Below, one piece after another: positions 37,532 through 46,983 of a stretch of DNA of 63,781 bases. The position numbers were made by a program, and so were the translations under genes. Below the pieces are notes generated by a model. It ran no database searches, was not told the origin of the DNA, and saw only the letters and a program-made list of their open reading frames with translations. Every line of letters starts with the position of its first letter. Position 1 is the first letter of the stretch. The DNA comes from a virus (taxonomy: Duplodnaviria > Caudoviricetes), in IMG/VR virus record IMGVR_UViG_3300047409_000439, positions 1 to 63,781 of that record. One strand, written 5' to 3'.

Positions 37532-38377
37532 TTAGCCTTGCGCGAAGCCTTCATCGAAGTCGTCGTCGGGCGTTCGCGCACGAATGGCCGTGTTGCCTGC
37601 TGTCGTTCTAGGCGGAACAGCGTTCGCAATCCGGTCGCGACGTGCGGCCTTCACTCCGTCAACCGCCTTCGCCTTCATGGCGGGTTGAGGTCCCTTCGGC
37701 GGCGGCTTCGCCGTCTCGGCTTTGAACAAATCGATGGCCCGCGCAATCGCTCGCGCGGAGTTGGACGTATTGATCTTGGTTTGATAGGCCGCGTCCTTGG
37801 ACGCCAGCCATTTCCTGAACGGATGCTCGGGATCGGGGGTTTCGTTCGCCTTGGGCGCACCGACGAGGTCGCGCCAATCGGGATAATCCTCCTCCAGATC
37901 GATCATCGCCTGTTCTTGCAGACGCTTGATGATCAAGGCTTCGCCGGTCAGGCGCGGCTGCGGCTCGACCGGGGCGGGCTTGGCATCGCCGCGCAAGGTC
38001 TTCAGCTGCTGCTGCAACTCGCCGATGGTGCCGAAGGCCTTGGACAACTGGCGATCCTGCTCCGGGACCTTCTGCTCCAAAGCGCGCAAGCGGGCGATCT
38101 CGTCCGGAGACAGCGGGCCGGAGGCAGGTTTGGCCGGTTTGGGGCTCGCCGCCGGGCTTGCCGCCGGGCTGGGCGGGGTTTTGGCGGCGGCGGGGGGCTT
38201 GACCGCCCCGGACGCCGGTTGGCCGCCAGCGGGCGGCTCCGGGGGCTTTTCCGGGGCTGGCTTGGCCTCAACCGGAGGTATTTGGCCTTGCTGCGGTGCA
38301 ACCGGCTTGCTACCGGCGGCGAAACCGGATTCAAAATCGGCGTCGCCGTCTTCGTCTTCGTCATCCGTACCTGTCAT
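37532..38377 (-). CDS. Scaffolding protein
   Basis: Directly upstream of the capsid gene; Pro-rich linker, coiled coil, YPDW. Confidence 0.7.
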   Translation of the reverse strand: MTGTDDEDEDGDADFESGFAAGSKPVAPQQGQIPPVEAKPAPEKPPEPPAGGQPASGAVKPPAAAKTPPSPAASPAASPKPAKPASGPLSPDEIARLRALEQKVPEQDRQLSKAFGTIGELQQQLKTLRGDAKPAPVEPQPRLTGEALIIKRLQEQAMIDLEEDYPDWRDLVGAPKANETPDPEHPFRKWLASKDAAYQTKINTSNSARAIARAIDLFKAETAKPPPKGPQPAMKAKAVDGVKAARRDRIANAVPPRTTAGNTAIRARTPDDDFDEGFAQG

Positions 38378-38384
38378 GACATCC

Positions 38385-38594
38385 TCATCGGGAAGCCCGG
38401 TCTGTTTCCAGATCGAGCAAATACTTCAGGATCGTGATCTCGCCTCTGAGCGAGGCGGTCACGATGGGATCGAACGGCGTGTCATTGCTCTCGCGCCGGG
38501 TTTGCAGCATCAGCGCGAACTGCTGCTTGAGCCTGCGCCATAAGACGCTGTCGCGTTCCTGCGGCGTCAGGACGAACTTCTCGGGGGCGATCAT
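38385..38594 (-). CDS. Small protein between portal and scaffold
   Basis: 69 aa, TASLRGEI; coupled to the portal stop. Confidence 0.6.
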   Translation of the reverse strand: MIAPEKFVLTPQERDSVLWRRLKQQFALMLQTRRESNDTPFDPIVTASLRGEITILKYLLDLETDRASR

Positions 38595-41449
38595 TCGCCT
38601 TGTTCGAAGGCGCGGCCCGCGCCCGCCTTGCCGGGCAATTGAACCGGCGGCGCTTCTATCGTCAGCTTATGCTTCTTCATGTCATGCTTGCGCTCGGCCT
38701 CGGCGTCCGCGATCTCGGTCTTACGATCCTCGGTGCGATGCTCATCCTCCAACGCGCGATCTTCGGTTCGATGATGATGCTCCAGCTGACGCTCGGCGGT
38801 GCGATGCTGATGGTCTAATTGCTGCTCTGTTGTTTGCTGTCTCTGGGCCAGGGACAATTCGGCTTGCGTGCGTTGTTGTTCTAATTGCCGGTCGGCTTGC
38901 GCGTTGGCCAAGGCATGCTGACGTTCTTCGACGCGGTGTCCGGCATCGACGGCATGATCGAGCTGGTTCATCTTCATGGCCGCGTTCAACTTCATCGTCT
39001 CCTTGACCAGCTCGGCCTGCACCTGACTGAGCGCGATGTTGCGCTTGTTGGCGTGCTCCAGCATGGCGATCTGCTTCTTGGTCTCCAGCTCGCGCATGCG
39101 GACCTGGGCGTCCGCCGCCGCCTGCTGACGCTCGGTCTCCGCCCGCATGGCATCGGTCTTGGCTTGCATGCTGTCGAGATTGTTGGCGGCTTGCGCGATC
39201 TGCAATTCGTTCTGTGCGCTGCGCTGTTCGCTGGATTGGCTGGCGGCGAGCTTCTCCCTCGCGACCTGGGCATTGATCGTCGCGACTTCGATCTGGGGCG
39301 CTTTGGGCTGGGGCTGGCTCGCCATGTTCTCCAGCTCCTTCTCGCTGTAGGCGAGGTCCTGCGGATGAATGCGCTTGCTGCGCAGCATCATCTTGGCCCA
39401 GCGTTTCGGATCGAGGCCGTAATTGGGGTTGAGAACCATGTTGCCCATCTGGGCAATGGTCTGATCCTGGATGGCGCGTTCGACCAGGGCCGAGGAGCCA
39501 TGCGCTTCGATCTGATATTCGCCCTTCTCGTCATCCGGGACATCGGGATCGAGCAACAGCCATTCGTAATACTGCCGGATGAGAGGCTCTGTAACATAAT
39601 CGTCGAAGCAATAGCCGATGCTGCGCAGCAGCTGATTGGCGTTGGTGTCCTGCAACTGGCTCGCGCCATAGGTTTCCGGGGTCGTGACGCCGGTCTGGCC
39701 CTGGGTGATCAGGGGAATGCTGGTGCTCTCCTCGGCCAGCTTCAAGCTGTACTCGACGATCTTCATCAGAGGATCGGTCGTGTTGGGCAATTGAAAGACG
39801 GCGAAGGCGTCCTTGACGCCGTTGGGGGCGGAGGCGCTGCCGCGTTTCATGTACCAGAGCTTGTTCGGGGATACCGTCCAATCGCCGTCCGCCGGTTCGA
39901 CCGCGCTGACATCCATGACGGTCTGCGGCCCGGCGGCGATGCCCGCGTTGTCCATCATGGCGCGGGTCGCGCCGTTGATCATGCGCTGAGGCGCGACGAG
40001 CTGCTCGGGAATGCCGACCCCCGCCCAGGAGCCGGTGCGTCTCTGCCAAGGCATCGCATGATAGGGATACGCGCCGCTATCCAAAGGATTGATCGTCGCC
40101 CGGACGGGCTGGTCGTCGATCAGAGTGACGATGGCGAAGACGATGTCCTTGCCTTTCGGGACATCGGAGGTCTGATTGCCCATGGTGTACAGAATGTCGA
40201 TCTCGTCCTTGGTCAGCGCCCCGTAATAATACCAGACCTCGTAACGGGTATCGCGCTTCTGCTTTTCCCGGTTGGAGGGATCGGCGTTGTTCATGTCGCT
40301 GGCCTGCTTGGGGCCGCGCTCCAGGCAGAAATCGATGCGGTCGGCGATATAGCCGCGCTCCTTCTTCAAGGCGCGGACCTGCTTCTCGGTCATGTAATCG
40401 CGTTCGAAGACGTAATCGCCGTCATGAATACATTCGCCGCACGCCGGATCGGGAAAGAAATCCCAGGGCTTGATCCATTTGACGGCGGGCTTGACGCGGT
40501 TGACCATGTTGACGCTGACGCCGCTCTTGTCCTTGGACAAGGCGATGGCCCGCTGGGTGCGCGGGAACGGGCCTTTGAGCACGCCGACGCCCAATCTGGC
40601 GCTGTCATAGATGACCTTGCGTATCTCGGCGGCATACTGGCTCTCGACCAGCCAATCGTAGATGCGCTTCTCCGCCGCCTTGGCGGCCTTGTGCGCGATC
40701 TCGATCTTTTCCTCGGCGAGGTCCTTGACCGTCAGCGGCATGCGGCTTTGCGGTTGCGGAGGCGTCCCTGCGCCGAGGGGGCTCGCAGCGGGAGCGCCTC
40801 CGCCAGGAGCCGCCTGGGGCGGGGCTTGAGCGGCCCCTTGCGGAGCAGGAAAGGGAAGAACCTGCCCCGTTTGCGGTTGTTGTTGACCGGGTTGACCGGG
40901 TTGTTGCTGCTGCTGCAAGGCTTGCAGCTGACGCTCGTTGGCCGTGCTCGGACGGGTCAGCGGCAGGCCGGTCTCGTCATGCAGCACTTGCGCCCGGTTC
41001 TCCTTCGCCTTGATCAGCTCGGGATCGGGCGTCTCCTTGATGGAAAAGGCCTTGTCATCGACCGGCAGCAGTATCTCGGCCAGCTTGGCGGCTCCGGCAT
41101 CGACGTATCGGGAGGTCAGGCGCACGAAGATGGTGCTGCGGCTGCTCTCGATCTTCTGTTCGCGTCCGGCGCTGACCGGACCTTCCATGGACATCGGCTT
41201 GGTCCATTTGCTGGAGGCCCATTCAAGGCGGTTGGCGTCGTCGATGCCGAGATACGCCTCCTCGCACGCGATCCAAGTGCCTTCGATGTTGGACGCGGAG
41301 CGGGCCTGCTTGGCTTCCTCGCGCTTGCCGGTCAGCACAATCGCCAGCGCGGCCAGCATCTCCTTGGTTACGACATGGGGCTCGATCAGCTCGCGGACTT
41401 CGTCCGGCAGCGCGTCGAGGTCCTGGCGTGTCGCCTTCGTCTTAGCCAT
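38591..41449 (-). CDS. Portal protein
   Basis: LGVGVLKGP, PWDFFPDP, GVGIPE, QRMINGATR; long C-terminal coiled coil. Confidence 0.88.
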   Translation of the reverse strand: MAKTKATRQDLDALPDEVRELIEPHVVTKEMLAALAIVLTGKREEAKQARSASNIEGTWIACEEAYLGIDDANRLEWASSKWTKPMSMEGPVSAGREQKIESSRSTIFVRLTSRYVDAGAAKLAEILLPVDDKAFSIKETPDPELIKAKENRAQVLHDETGLPLTRPSTANERQLQALQQQQQPGQPGQQQPQTGQVLPFPAPQGAAQAPPQAAPGGGAPAASPLGAGTPPQPQSRMPLTVKDLAEEKIEIAHKAAKAAEKRIYDWLVESQYAAEIRKVIYDSARLGVGVLKGPFPRTQRAIALSKDKSGVSVNMVNRVKPAVKWIKPWDFFPDPACGECIHDGDYVFERDYMTEKQVRALKKERGYIADRIDFCLERGPKQASDMNNADPSNREKQKRDTRYEVWYYYGALTKDEIDILYTMGNQTSDVPKGKDIVFAIVTLIDDQPVRATINPLDSGAYPYHAMPWQRRTGSWAGVGIPEQLVAPQRMINGATRAMMDNAGIAAGPQTVMDVSAVEPADGDWTVSPNKLWYMKRGSASAPNGVKDAFAVFQLPNTTDPLMKIVEYSLKLAEESTSIPLITQGQTGVTTPETYGASQLQDTNANQLLRSIGYCFDDYVTEPLIRQYYEWLLLDPDVPDDEKGEYQIEAHGSSALVERAIQDQTIAQMGNMVLNPNYGLDPKRWAKMMLRSKRIHPQDLAYSEKELENMASQPQPKAPQIEVATINAQVAREKLAASQSSEQRSAQNELQIAQAANNLDSMQAKTDAMRAETERQQAAADAQVRMRELETKKQIAMLEHANKRNIALSQVQAELVKETMKLNAAMKMNQLDHAVDAGHRVEERQHALANAQADRQLEQQRTQAELSLAQRQQTTEQQLDHQHRTAERQLEHHHRTEDRALEDEHRTEDRKTEIADAEAERKHDMKKHKLTIEAPPVQLPGKAGAGRAFEQGE

Positions 41450-41765
41450 GCGTCAGCGTCTCTTTGACGACGGCCAGCTTCTTTTCTTCGAGCAGTTCAC
41501 ATACTCTGCCGTAGACGAGAGGGCCTTGCACGGAGCCGACCGCTTCCTTGAGCTTGACGATCTGCTCGAAACTCAGATCAGGCATATCCTCGTTGAGCTT
41601 GAGCGCGAGCTGGAAGCGGTTGAACTTCTCGACCGCTGCGATGTCCTGCTCCTTGGGGATCAGCAGCGCTTCCTGGCAGGCGTCCCGAAGCAGGAAGGGT
41701 TTGCCGTCTCTCAGCGCGGGCTTGTTGTGCAAATCCCGGATCGGCTGGGTCATATCGACGAGCAT
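41442..41765 (-). CDS. Hypothetical protein
   Basis: 3' part of ORF-track entry, start MLVDMTQP; coupled to portal. Confidence 0.6.
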   Translation of the reverse strand: MLVDMTQPIRDLHNKPALRDGKPFLLRDACQEALLIPKEQDIAAVEKFNRFQLALKLNEDMPDLSFEQIVKLKEAVGSVQGPLVYGRVCELLEEKKLAVVKETLTHG

Positions 41766-41767
41766 GA

Positions 41768-42142
41768 TCAGCCTCCCGACCGGAGCGCTTGCGGGGCGAG
41801 CGCGAAGACCGACATGGTCAACTTGACGCCGACGCCGCCGACGACGCGGGGCTTGAACAGCAAGGTATGCTGAAGCAAAGCCGTGATGCTCTCCCCGTTG
41901 ATGTTGATCTGGGCGTTGTCGGCATATCTGAGGCTGACCCAATTGACGCCGTCGTTGGAGCCTTCGACTTCGACGAGGCCGCCGCCGAACGTGCCGAAGA
42001 CCATGATCGATTTGACCGAATGATTGGGCAGCCGCGCCGGGAAGCAGGCGATGCCTTCGGGCACGTCCGTCCAAGTGACGATCAGCGCGGAGCCGTCGCC
42101 CTTCTCGGACACGTCCGTCATGGATGGATTGATCTCGGCCAT
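41768..42142 (-). CDS. Hypothetical beta-rich protein
   Basis: GTFGGG..VEGSNDGVNW; GAGGAG RBS. Confidence 0.65.
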   Translation of the reverse strand: MAEINPSMTDVSEKGDGSALIVTWTDVPEGIACFPARLPNHSVKSIMVFGTFGGGLVEVEGSNDGVNWVSLRYADNAQININGESITALLQHTLLFKPRVVGGVGVKLTMSVFALAPQALRSGG

Positions 42143-42151
42143 GCCGTCTCC

Positions 42152-42439
42152 TCAATGCTTGGTGATGGAATTGACGTTGACGAATTGCTGGCTGATCTCG
42201 ACCAGCTTATCTATCGCTTCGCCCATCTCGGGACTGTTGGTCGTCTCGCAGACCGCGAGTTCGACGAGATTGGCATCGGTCGCCGCCAGCTTGATCTTGC
42301 CCGCTTGCGTCACTTCTGCCGTATACCAGCCTCCGCCAACGAGAAAGTTCAGCGCCTTGTGCTCGACGCCGAGCGAACGCTCGACATGCTGGACAGCGGC
42401 CTTGCCGTTGGGAAACTTGCGCAGAAAGGGAATGCTCAT
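42152..42439 (-). CDS. Hypothetical protein
   Basis: Coupled ORF in operon. Confidence 0.55.
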   Translation of the reverse strand: MSIPFLRKFPNGKAAVQHVERSLGVEHKALNFLVGGGWYTAEVTQAGKIKLAATDANLVELAVCETTNSPEMGEAIDKLVEISQQFVNVNSITKH

Positions 42440-42636
42440 GCTATCGCGTCCAGCTTATCCAAGAAGGCGTTGAGCAGTTCGAACAGATCGTAGCGCGCGC
42501 CGTCTTTAGTGACCAAGACAAGATAGCCCATCTTATCCTTGTCCAAGGGCGCGACGCCCAAGCGCCTTGCTAGTCCGGGCAGCTGAACCAGATGATTGCT
42601 ATCCTCGCTGAAGCGGATCAACTCAGGCATCGTCAT
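42436..42636 (-). CDS. Hypothetical protein
   Basis: Coupled ORF in operon. Confidence 0.5.
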   Translation of the reverse strand: MTMPELIRFSEDSNHLVQLPGLARRLGVAPLDKDKMGYLVLVTKDGARYDLFELLNAFLDKLDAIA

Positions 42637-42820
42637 TATAATCCGTATACGAATGACGCGGCGCGCGCTGTCCGGCCTCGTAATAGCGTTCGCATTCCTC
42701 GCGCACGATGCGGAACAGCGCCTCAGAGGCAGGCTTGCCGTTCCGCATCAGCACGGCGTAACGCTCCTGTACGCGCTCGTTGCGCAGGAGCGCATGCTCG
42801 ACGGTCTCGTACGTGCTCAC
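42623..42820 (-). CDS. Hypothetical protein
   Basis: Coupled ORF in operon. Confidence 0.45.
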   Translation of the reverse strand: MSTYETVEHALLRNERVQERYAVLMRNGKPASEALFRIVREECERYYEAGQRAPRHSYTDYNDDA

Positions 42821-43119
42821 GCTTCCGCGTCGGCCAGCTTGTCGCGCAACAAATAACCTTCGAACGACCAGACCTTTCGCACGGCTTGTTCCCGCGCCAG
42901 TTTGCGTCCGAGTTCGGCGTTGAAATTGGTTGGGCTGGCTGGCGCACTCTCGCCCGTAACAAAGAAGCCGTTGCGCAGCTTGAGAATACAGATCGTCAGG
43001 ATGCTCTCATGTACGAAATAGGTTTCTTCCGCGATCTTGCCTTCGATGCTTTTCAACGTCACGCGAGGGGCGACGGCGACCTTCTCCGCTTCGGCGTCGC
43101 TGAGGTCCAGAACATCCAT
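42817..43119 (-). CDS. N4 gp49/Sf6 gp66-family protein
   Basis: TICILKLRNGFFVTGESAPASPTNFNAELGRKLA...W..EGYLL. Confidence 0.8.
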   Translation of the reverse strand: MDVLDLSDAEAEKVAVAPRVTLKSIEGKIAEETYFVHESILTICILKLRNGFFVTGESAPASPTNFNAELGRKLAREQAVRKVWSFEGYLLRDKLADAEA

Positions 43120-43161
43120 CTTGCACGTCCTTCCGTATACCCGGTTTCCGCCGGGCGCGGT

Positions 43162-44526
43162 CTATGACAGCATGCCCATGCCGGGAATGCGGCTTTGATA
43201 GGCAGGCACGCGCGGAGCCTTGAACTTCTCGCGCTCGACGACATCGGGGAATAGATCGGTCAAACCCCAGACCAAGGCATCGACCCTATCGGGACTGTAG
43301 TTGTCGCTGCGGTCAGCCGCGCGTTGCGGCGTGAACATGATCATCTGATCTTCGAGGGTCGGCAGCGTGCCGACATGATGGACGAGGCCTTGCTCGTACA
43401 AAGCGCTGATCGGTTCGGCCCGGACATACTTGCCGCGCGTCGCCTGCACCAGTTTGACCGGCACGTTCTCGTTGACCGATTGAATGACCATGCGGACCAT
43501 CTCGCCGCCTTGATTGGCTTCCGCGACGATGCAGTCGGCGCTGTAGCGCTTGTACGCGCCGACCGCCTTGCGCGCCCAGGTATCGGGACTGCCGCGTACG
43601 CTCCAATCGTCGAGCACATAGGCTTCCTTGCTCTTGGCCTGACCCGACACGATGACGCCTGCCTCGTTGGCATCCTCGTTGTCGTCGCTGGAGGTCGAAG
43701 GATCGACACTGACGACGATGCGGACAAACTCGGGGAGGGGGCCATGCCGGGTGATGTCGTGCCTGCTCTCGTCGAGGCCCCGGCGGGTCCAGAGGGCTCC
43801 AGGAACGTCGCCGAGTATCTCGGCCTCCAGCTCCTGCCTGCCCAGCCTTGTGCCCGCGTAGCGGTCGATCACGGCCTGTTTGAAGCTCGGGGCGATGTTG
43901 GCGAGGTTGTCGATGGTCCGGCCTCGCGTAACCTTGACCCCTGGGGTATTCATCAGCCGCTTGATCAGCGGGATCGGGCGGGGCGTCGTCGTCGCGATCC
44001 AATGCGGATGCTGGCCTAAACGCAAACCCAGCATGGCCTGATCGAAGACGGCTTCGGCATAACGGTATTTGGCCAGCTCGTCGAACCAGATCAGATCGTG
44101 CTGCGGCCCTCTCAACTGATCGGGCTCCCGCGCATCGTACAAGGTCGCCTGCACGCCATTGGGCCAAGTCAACCGGCGCTTGGAGGGTTCGTAGATCGGA
44201 CGCATCCAAAGCGGGGAGCATTCCAGGATGCCGCTCTCGCCCTCGACCAGCACGTCTCTGCCATCGGCGGAGGTCTCGGCAACCAGCCCGATGCGCTTGA
44301 CCGTGCCCGCCTCGACGACCTTGCGGACGTACTCCGCGCCGGTTCTGGTCTTGCCCCAGGCTCTCCCTGCCAGCATCAGCCAGCCGAACCATTCGCCCTC
44401 CGGCGGCAGCTGTTCCTTCCGCGCCCAGAACTCCCAGCGGTACTGTAAAGCCAGCGCTTCTTCCGCGCTTAAACTCGCTCTAAGACTTTTCAGTTGGGCC
44501 TGGGAGAAGTCTTGAAAATTTCGCAT
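43162..44526 (-). CDS. terL: Terminase large subunit
   Basis: AGRAWGKTRTGAE, LRGPQ, WFDELA, TTTP, SVDP, SPDRVDALVW. Confidence 0.95.
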   Translation of the reverse strand: MRNFQDFSQAQLKSLRASLSAEEALALQYRWEFWARKEQLPPEGEWFGWLMLAGRAWGKTRTGAEYVRKVVEAGTVKRIGLVAETSADGRDVLVEGESGILECSPLWMRPIYEPSKRRLTWPNGVQATLYDAREPDQLRGPQHDLIWFDELAKYRYAEAVFDQAMLGLRLGQHPHWIATTTPRPIPLIKRLMNTPGVKVTRGRTIDNLANIAPSFKQAVIDRYAGTRLGRQELEAEILGDVPGALWTRRGLDESRHDITRHGPLPEFVRIVVSVDPSTSSDDNEDANEAGVIVSGQAKSKEAYVLDDWSVRGSPDTWARKAVGAYKRYSADCIVAEANQGGEMVRMVIQSVNENVPVKLVQATRGKYVRAEPISALYEQGLVHHVGTLPTLEDQMIMFTPQRAADRSDNYSPDRVDALVWGLTDLFPDVVEREKFKAPRVPAYQSRIPGMGMLS

Positions 44527-45085
44527 CCAACATCCTGTTAGCGTCTATTATCAGCGTTTGTATAACATCCTGTCTTTGCTCATTATCCTTCCCGTACAAC
44601 CCGATATGACGCATCGCCTTCTCCAAGGCGTCGTTCTTGTTATGCAGCTTGATCCGCTTCGTTGTTATTCTCTGTCCGTTTTGGGTCGTGCGATACTCTG
44701 TATCGATCTGCGCAATGGCGGCCCGCATCTCCGGCTCCATGTCATGAATGGATTTGAGCGTGCCGTCGTCGTTGAACATCCGGATTGGATCGCAATAGGC
44801 AATTCTCGCGACCTCTCTCAAGGTCCTATTCACCGTCAAGCCGGTCAGCGCGGCCTGCTCCTCGTCATGGGCTCTGATCGTCTCCTGCACATCCGGGCGT
44901 CTGAGCATCCGCATGCCCTGTAAAGCCGAGCACTTGACCCCATACCCAGCCGTGATCGCAGCCTGCTTCGCGTTCCTGCCGTTCCTGAGATATTCAAGAA
45001 TGAACGCCCTCAGCCGCTTCTCGTATTCGAGAAAGCCCCTGGGGTACTGATGCAACTCCCGCCTGAGCCGTTGCGGTCTCGGCAT
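44480..45085 (-). CDS. terS: Terminase small subunit
   Basis: FILEYL...NAKQAAITAGY, LREVARIAYCDP, KLHNKNDALEK. Confidence 0.85.
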   Translation of the reverse strand: MPRPQRLRRELHQYPRGFLEYEKRLRAFILEYLRNGRNAKQAAITAGYGVKCSALQGMRMLRRPDVQETIRAHDEEQAALTGLTVNRTLREVARIAYCDPIRMFNDDGTLKSIHDMEPEMRAAIAQIDTEYRTTQNGQRITTKRIKLHNKNDALEKAMRHIGLYGKDNEQRQDVIQTLIIDANRMLDAKFSRLLPGPTEKS

Positions 45086-45090
45086 TGTCT

Positions 45091-45309
45091 CTATGACATC
45101 CCGCTTTGATTGATGATGCCGGTCTGCTTGCGCTTGGTATTGGCGGTCTTGTTGTTGGCCCGCTTGTTGGCGGTCGCTATGGCGACGCCTTCCGGCACGC
45201 CCTTCTTCAGCATCGCATTGGCCTGCTTGGCAGCTTGACGGGCGGCGGCAGGACGTTTGACCAGTTTCTTGTTGTGCTTCGTCGCGAAGCTCTGCGCATC
45301 CCAAGGCAT
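45091..45309 (-). CDS. Small basic protein (ChaB/YdaT-like pattern)
   Basis: MPW...ANAMLKKGVPEGVAIATA. Confidence 0.55.
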   Translation of the reverse strand: MPWDAQSFATKHNKKLVKRPAAARQAAKQANAMLKKGVPEGVAIATANKRANNKTANTKRKQTGIINQSGMS

Positions 45310-45314
45310 GGTGT

Positions 45315-45770
45315 TTACTGCGCTCCTGTCGCCGGGACCGGCACGGCCTTCGACGGCGAGGCGGCGGAGCCTCCGGCAAAGCCTTGCTCGAAATTCTCGT
45401 CGTCGCTGCCCTCGTCGCCGCCCGCTTCGGACTGCTTGACGAGGTCGAGCACGCCTTTCAACAGGGCTCCGACACTATCGAAGCTCTCGCCCTGGCTTTG
45501 CGGGCCTGCGCCTTCCTCTGCGGGTTCTCCGCCTTCCTCTGCGGGGGCTTCTCCGGGTTCGGGCTCATCGCCCGCGATCAGCTGATAGCTGCCGTCCGGG
45601 TTCTTGAGGATCGTCGCAATGACCTGCGGGGCTCCGCCTTGGTCATCGGGGGCGGCCTCTGCCGCTTCGGGCGTATCTTCTTCGGGCGGGGCCTCGTCTC
45701 CGGCGTCCGCTTCGTCGTCCATCGTGTCGTCTTCCTCGTCTTCCGGCGGCACGGGCGGGGTTCTGGCCAT
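45315..45770 (-). CDS. Acidic protein with scaffold-like FExGFA motif
   Basis: AAGGAG RBS; start MARTPP; DDENFEQGFAGG. Confidence 0.65.
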   Translation of the reverse strand: MARTPPVPPEDEEDDTMDDEADAGDEAPPEEDTPEAAEAAPDDQGGAPQVIATILKNPDGSYQLIAGDEPEPGEAPAEEGGEPAEEGAGPQSQGESFDSVGALLKGVLDLVKQSEAGGDEGSDDENFEQGFAGGSAASPSKAVPVPATGAQ

Positions 45771-45869
45771 GATCGGACACTCCTTCGTTGGACATTTTTG
45801 GGATATTTCGGATAGCTGCCGCACGCGCGGGGCATACGGTCGCGCCTGACACAGTTTGCCCGTCAACGC

Positions 45870-46376
45870 CTACAGCGCGAGGCGGACGTTCTCCTTGGGC
45901 AGCTTGACGGGCAGCGGCACGCCCGCAAACTCCAGCAATACCGATAAGCGATTGGCGGTGACATCCTGCACCTGAGCGAGGCGGTCCTTATACGGACCAA
46001 GCAGGATTTGAATAAGCTGGCCCGGCTCTATCGCCTTGGGGGCCTGATCAACCGGGGTCTGCGCCAGCTCCGTCAAACGGGCTTGCAGATCGCGCATGTC
46101 CTGATTACGGATATGCGGCGCTTTGACCGTGCTCTCGTACCAGCCGACGAAACCCTTGACCCCGCGCGTGCCCAACACGCTGCGGCGTTTCTGCCATTCC
46201 ATCCGGATAAAGAGATACAACCGGAAGACCGGGACATTCTGTGCGATGCGGCGGCCCGTACTGTCCCGCTTATAGGCCTTGATCAACGGCAAATAGACCC
46301 GGAAACCCTGACGTTCCAAGCCCTTCGCGGCATAGGCTTCGCGTTTGGGCTCCGTGCGCAGGACATACCATTCCAT
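45870..46376 (-). CDS. nusG: NusG/RfaH-family antiterminator
   Basis: NGN domain WYVLRTEPKRE...VYLP...YLFI; KOW domain GQLIQILLGPY. Confidence 0.88.
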   Translation of the reverse strand: MEWYVLRTEPKREAYAAKGLERQGFRVYLPLIKAYKRDSTGRRIAQNVPVFRLYLFIRMEWQKRRSVLGTRGVKGFVGWYESTVKAPHIRNQDMRDLQARLTELAQTPVDQAPKAIEPGQLIQILLGPYKDRLAQVQDVTANRLSVLLEFAGVPLPVKLPKENVRLAL

Positions 46377-46449
46377 TCCGCCGCCCGTCAGAACATGAAG
46401 AACGAGCCTCTTAACGCAGACTGGCTTAAGATGTAAAGCGGCTTGCCGC

Positions 46450-46809
46450 TTAAAGTGAAAAGTCTTTCCCGGTCAAGCGTTTGTAAAGGGTTTGCGCGAT
46501 CATCCTGGCATGTTCATCGGGCGCGGCATGGATGCTTTGCTCCAGATGCTGCACCATGGCGCGGGTTTCGGCCTCGCTTCTGGCCTTGTCATATTCCTTT
46601 TTCTCTTTTTCATACAAGGCTTTAAGCGCGTCCAAGCTGAGCTTGCGGGTCTCCTCCGTAAACGGATGAAAACTCTGCGTGCCGAGATACGGCTCCCTGG
46701 TGCGGTCGCCGATATGATCGATCTGGAGACTGACCCTGCCATTGACGGTATTGACCTGGATGCGGGCCGGAGGGTCGCGGTTATCCTCTAGTACGATAAG
46801 CTCTGTCAT
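46450..46809 (-). CDS. Hypothetical protein
   Basis: GGAGG RBS; operon orientation. Confidence 0.55.
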   Translation of the reverse strand: MTELIVLEDNRDPPARIQVNTVNGRVSLQIDHIGDRTREPYLGTQSFHPFTEETRKLSLDALKALYEKEKKEYDKARSEAETRAMVQHLEQSIHAAPDEHARMIAQTLYKRLTGKDFSL

Positions 46810-46983
46810 CGGACAGCCTCCCTATACTCCAACAATTCAATCTCTCGCGCTACATCCAAGAGCTTAGCCTCGTAATCGACCGCCAGACGGCAATCGCCAA
46901 TCAGTTGCGCCGCAATCAGGCGAACCTTGTCGGCTAAGGGCGTTGGTTTGGAGTAATCATGGTCCTCGGGCGCACTCAATATC

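Noticed and set aside
38885-41467. 860-aa plus-strand ORF and similar long antisense ORFs (e.g. 61466-62884, 27330-28475)
   Set aside because: Antisense shadows of well-supported genes, expected with high-GC codon bias; no motifs
45771-45869. ops-like element for the NusG paralog (GCGGCAGCTAT on the minus strand)
   Set aside because: Only a partial match to GGCGGTAGnnTG; not distinguishable from chance
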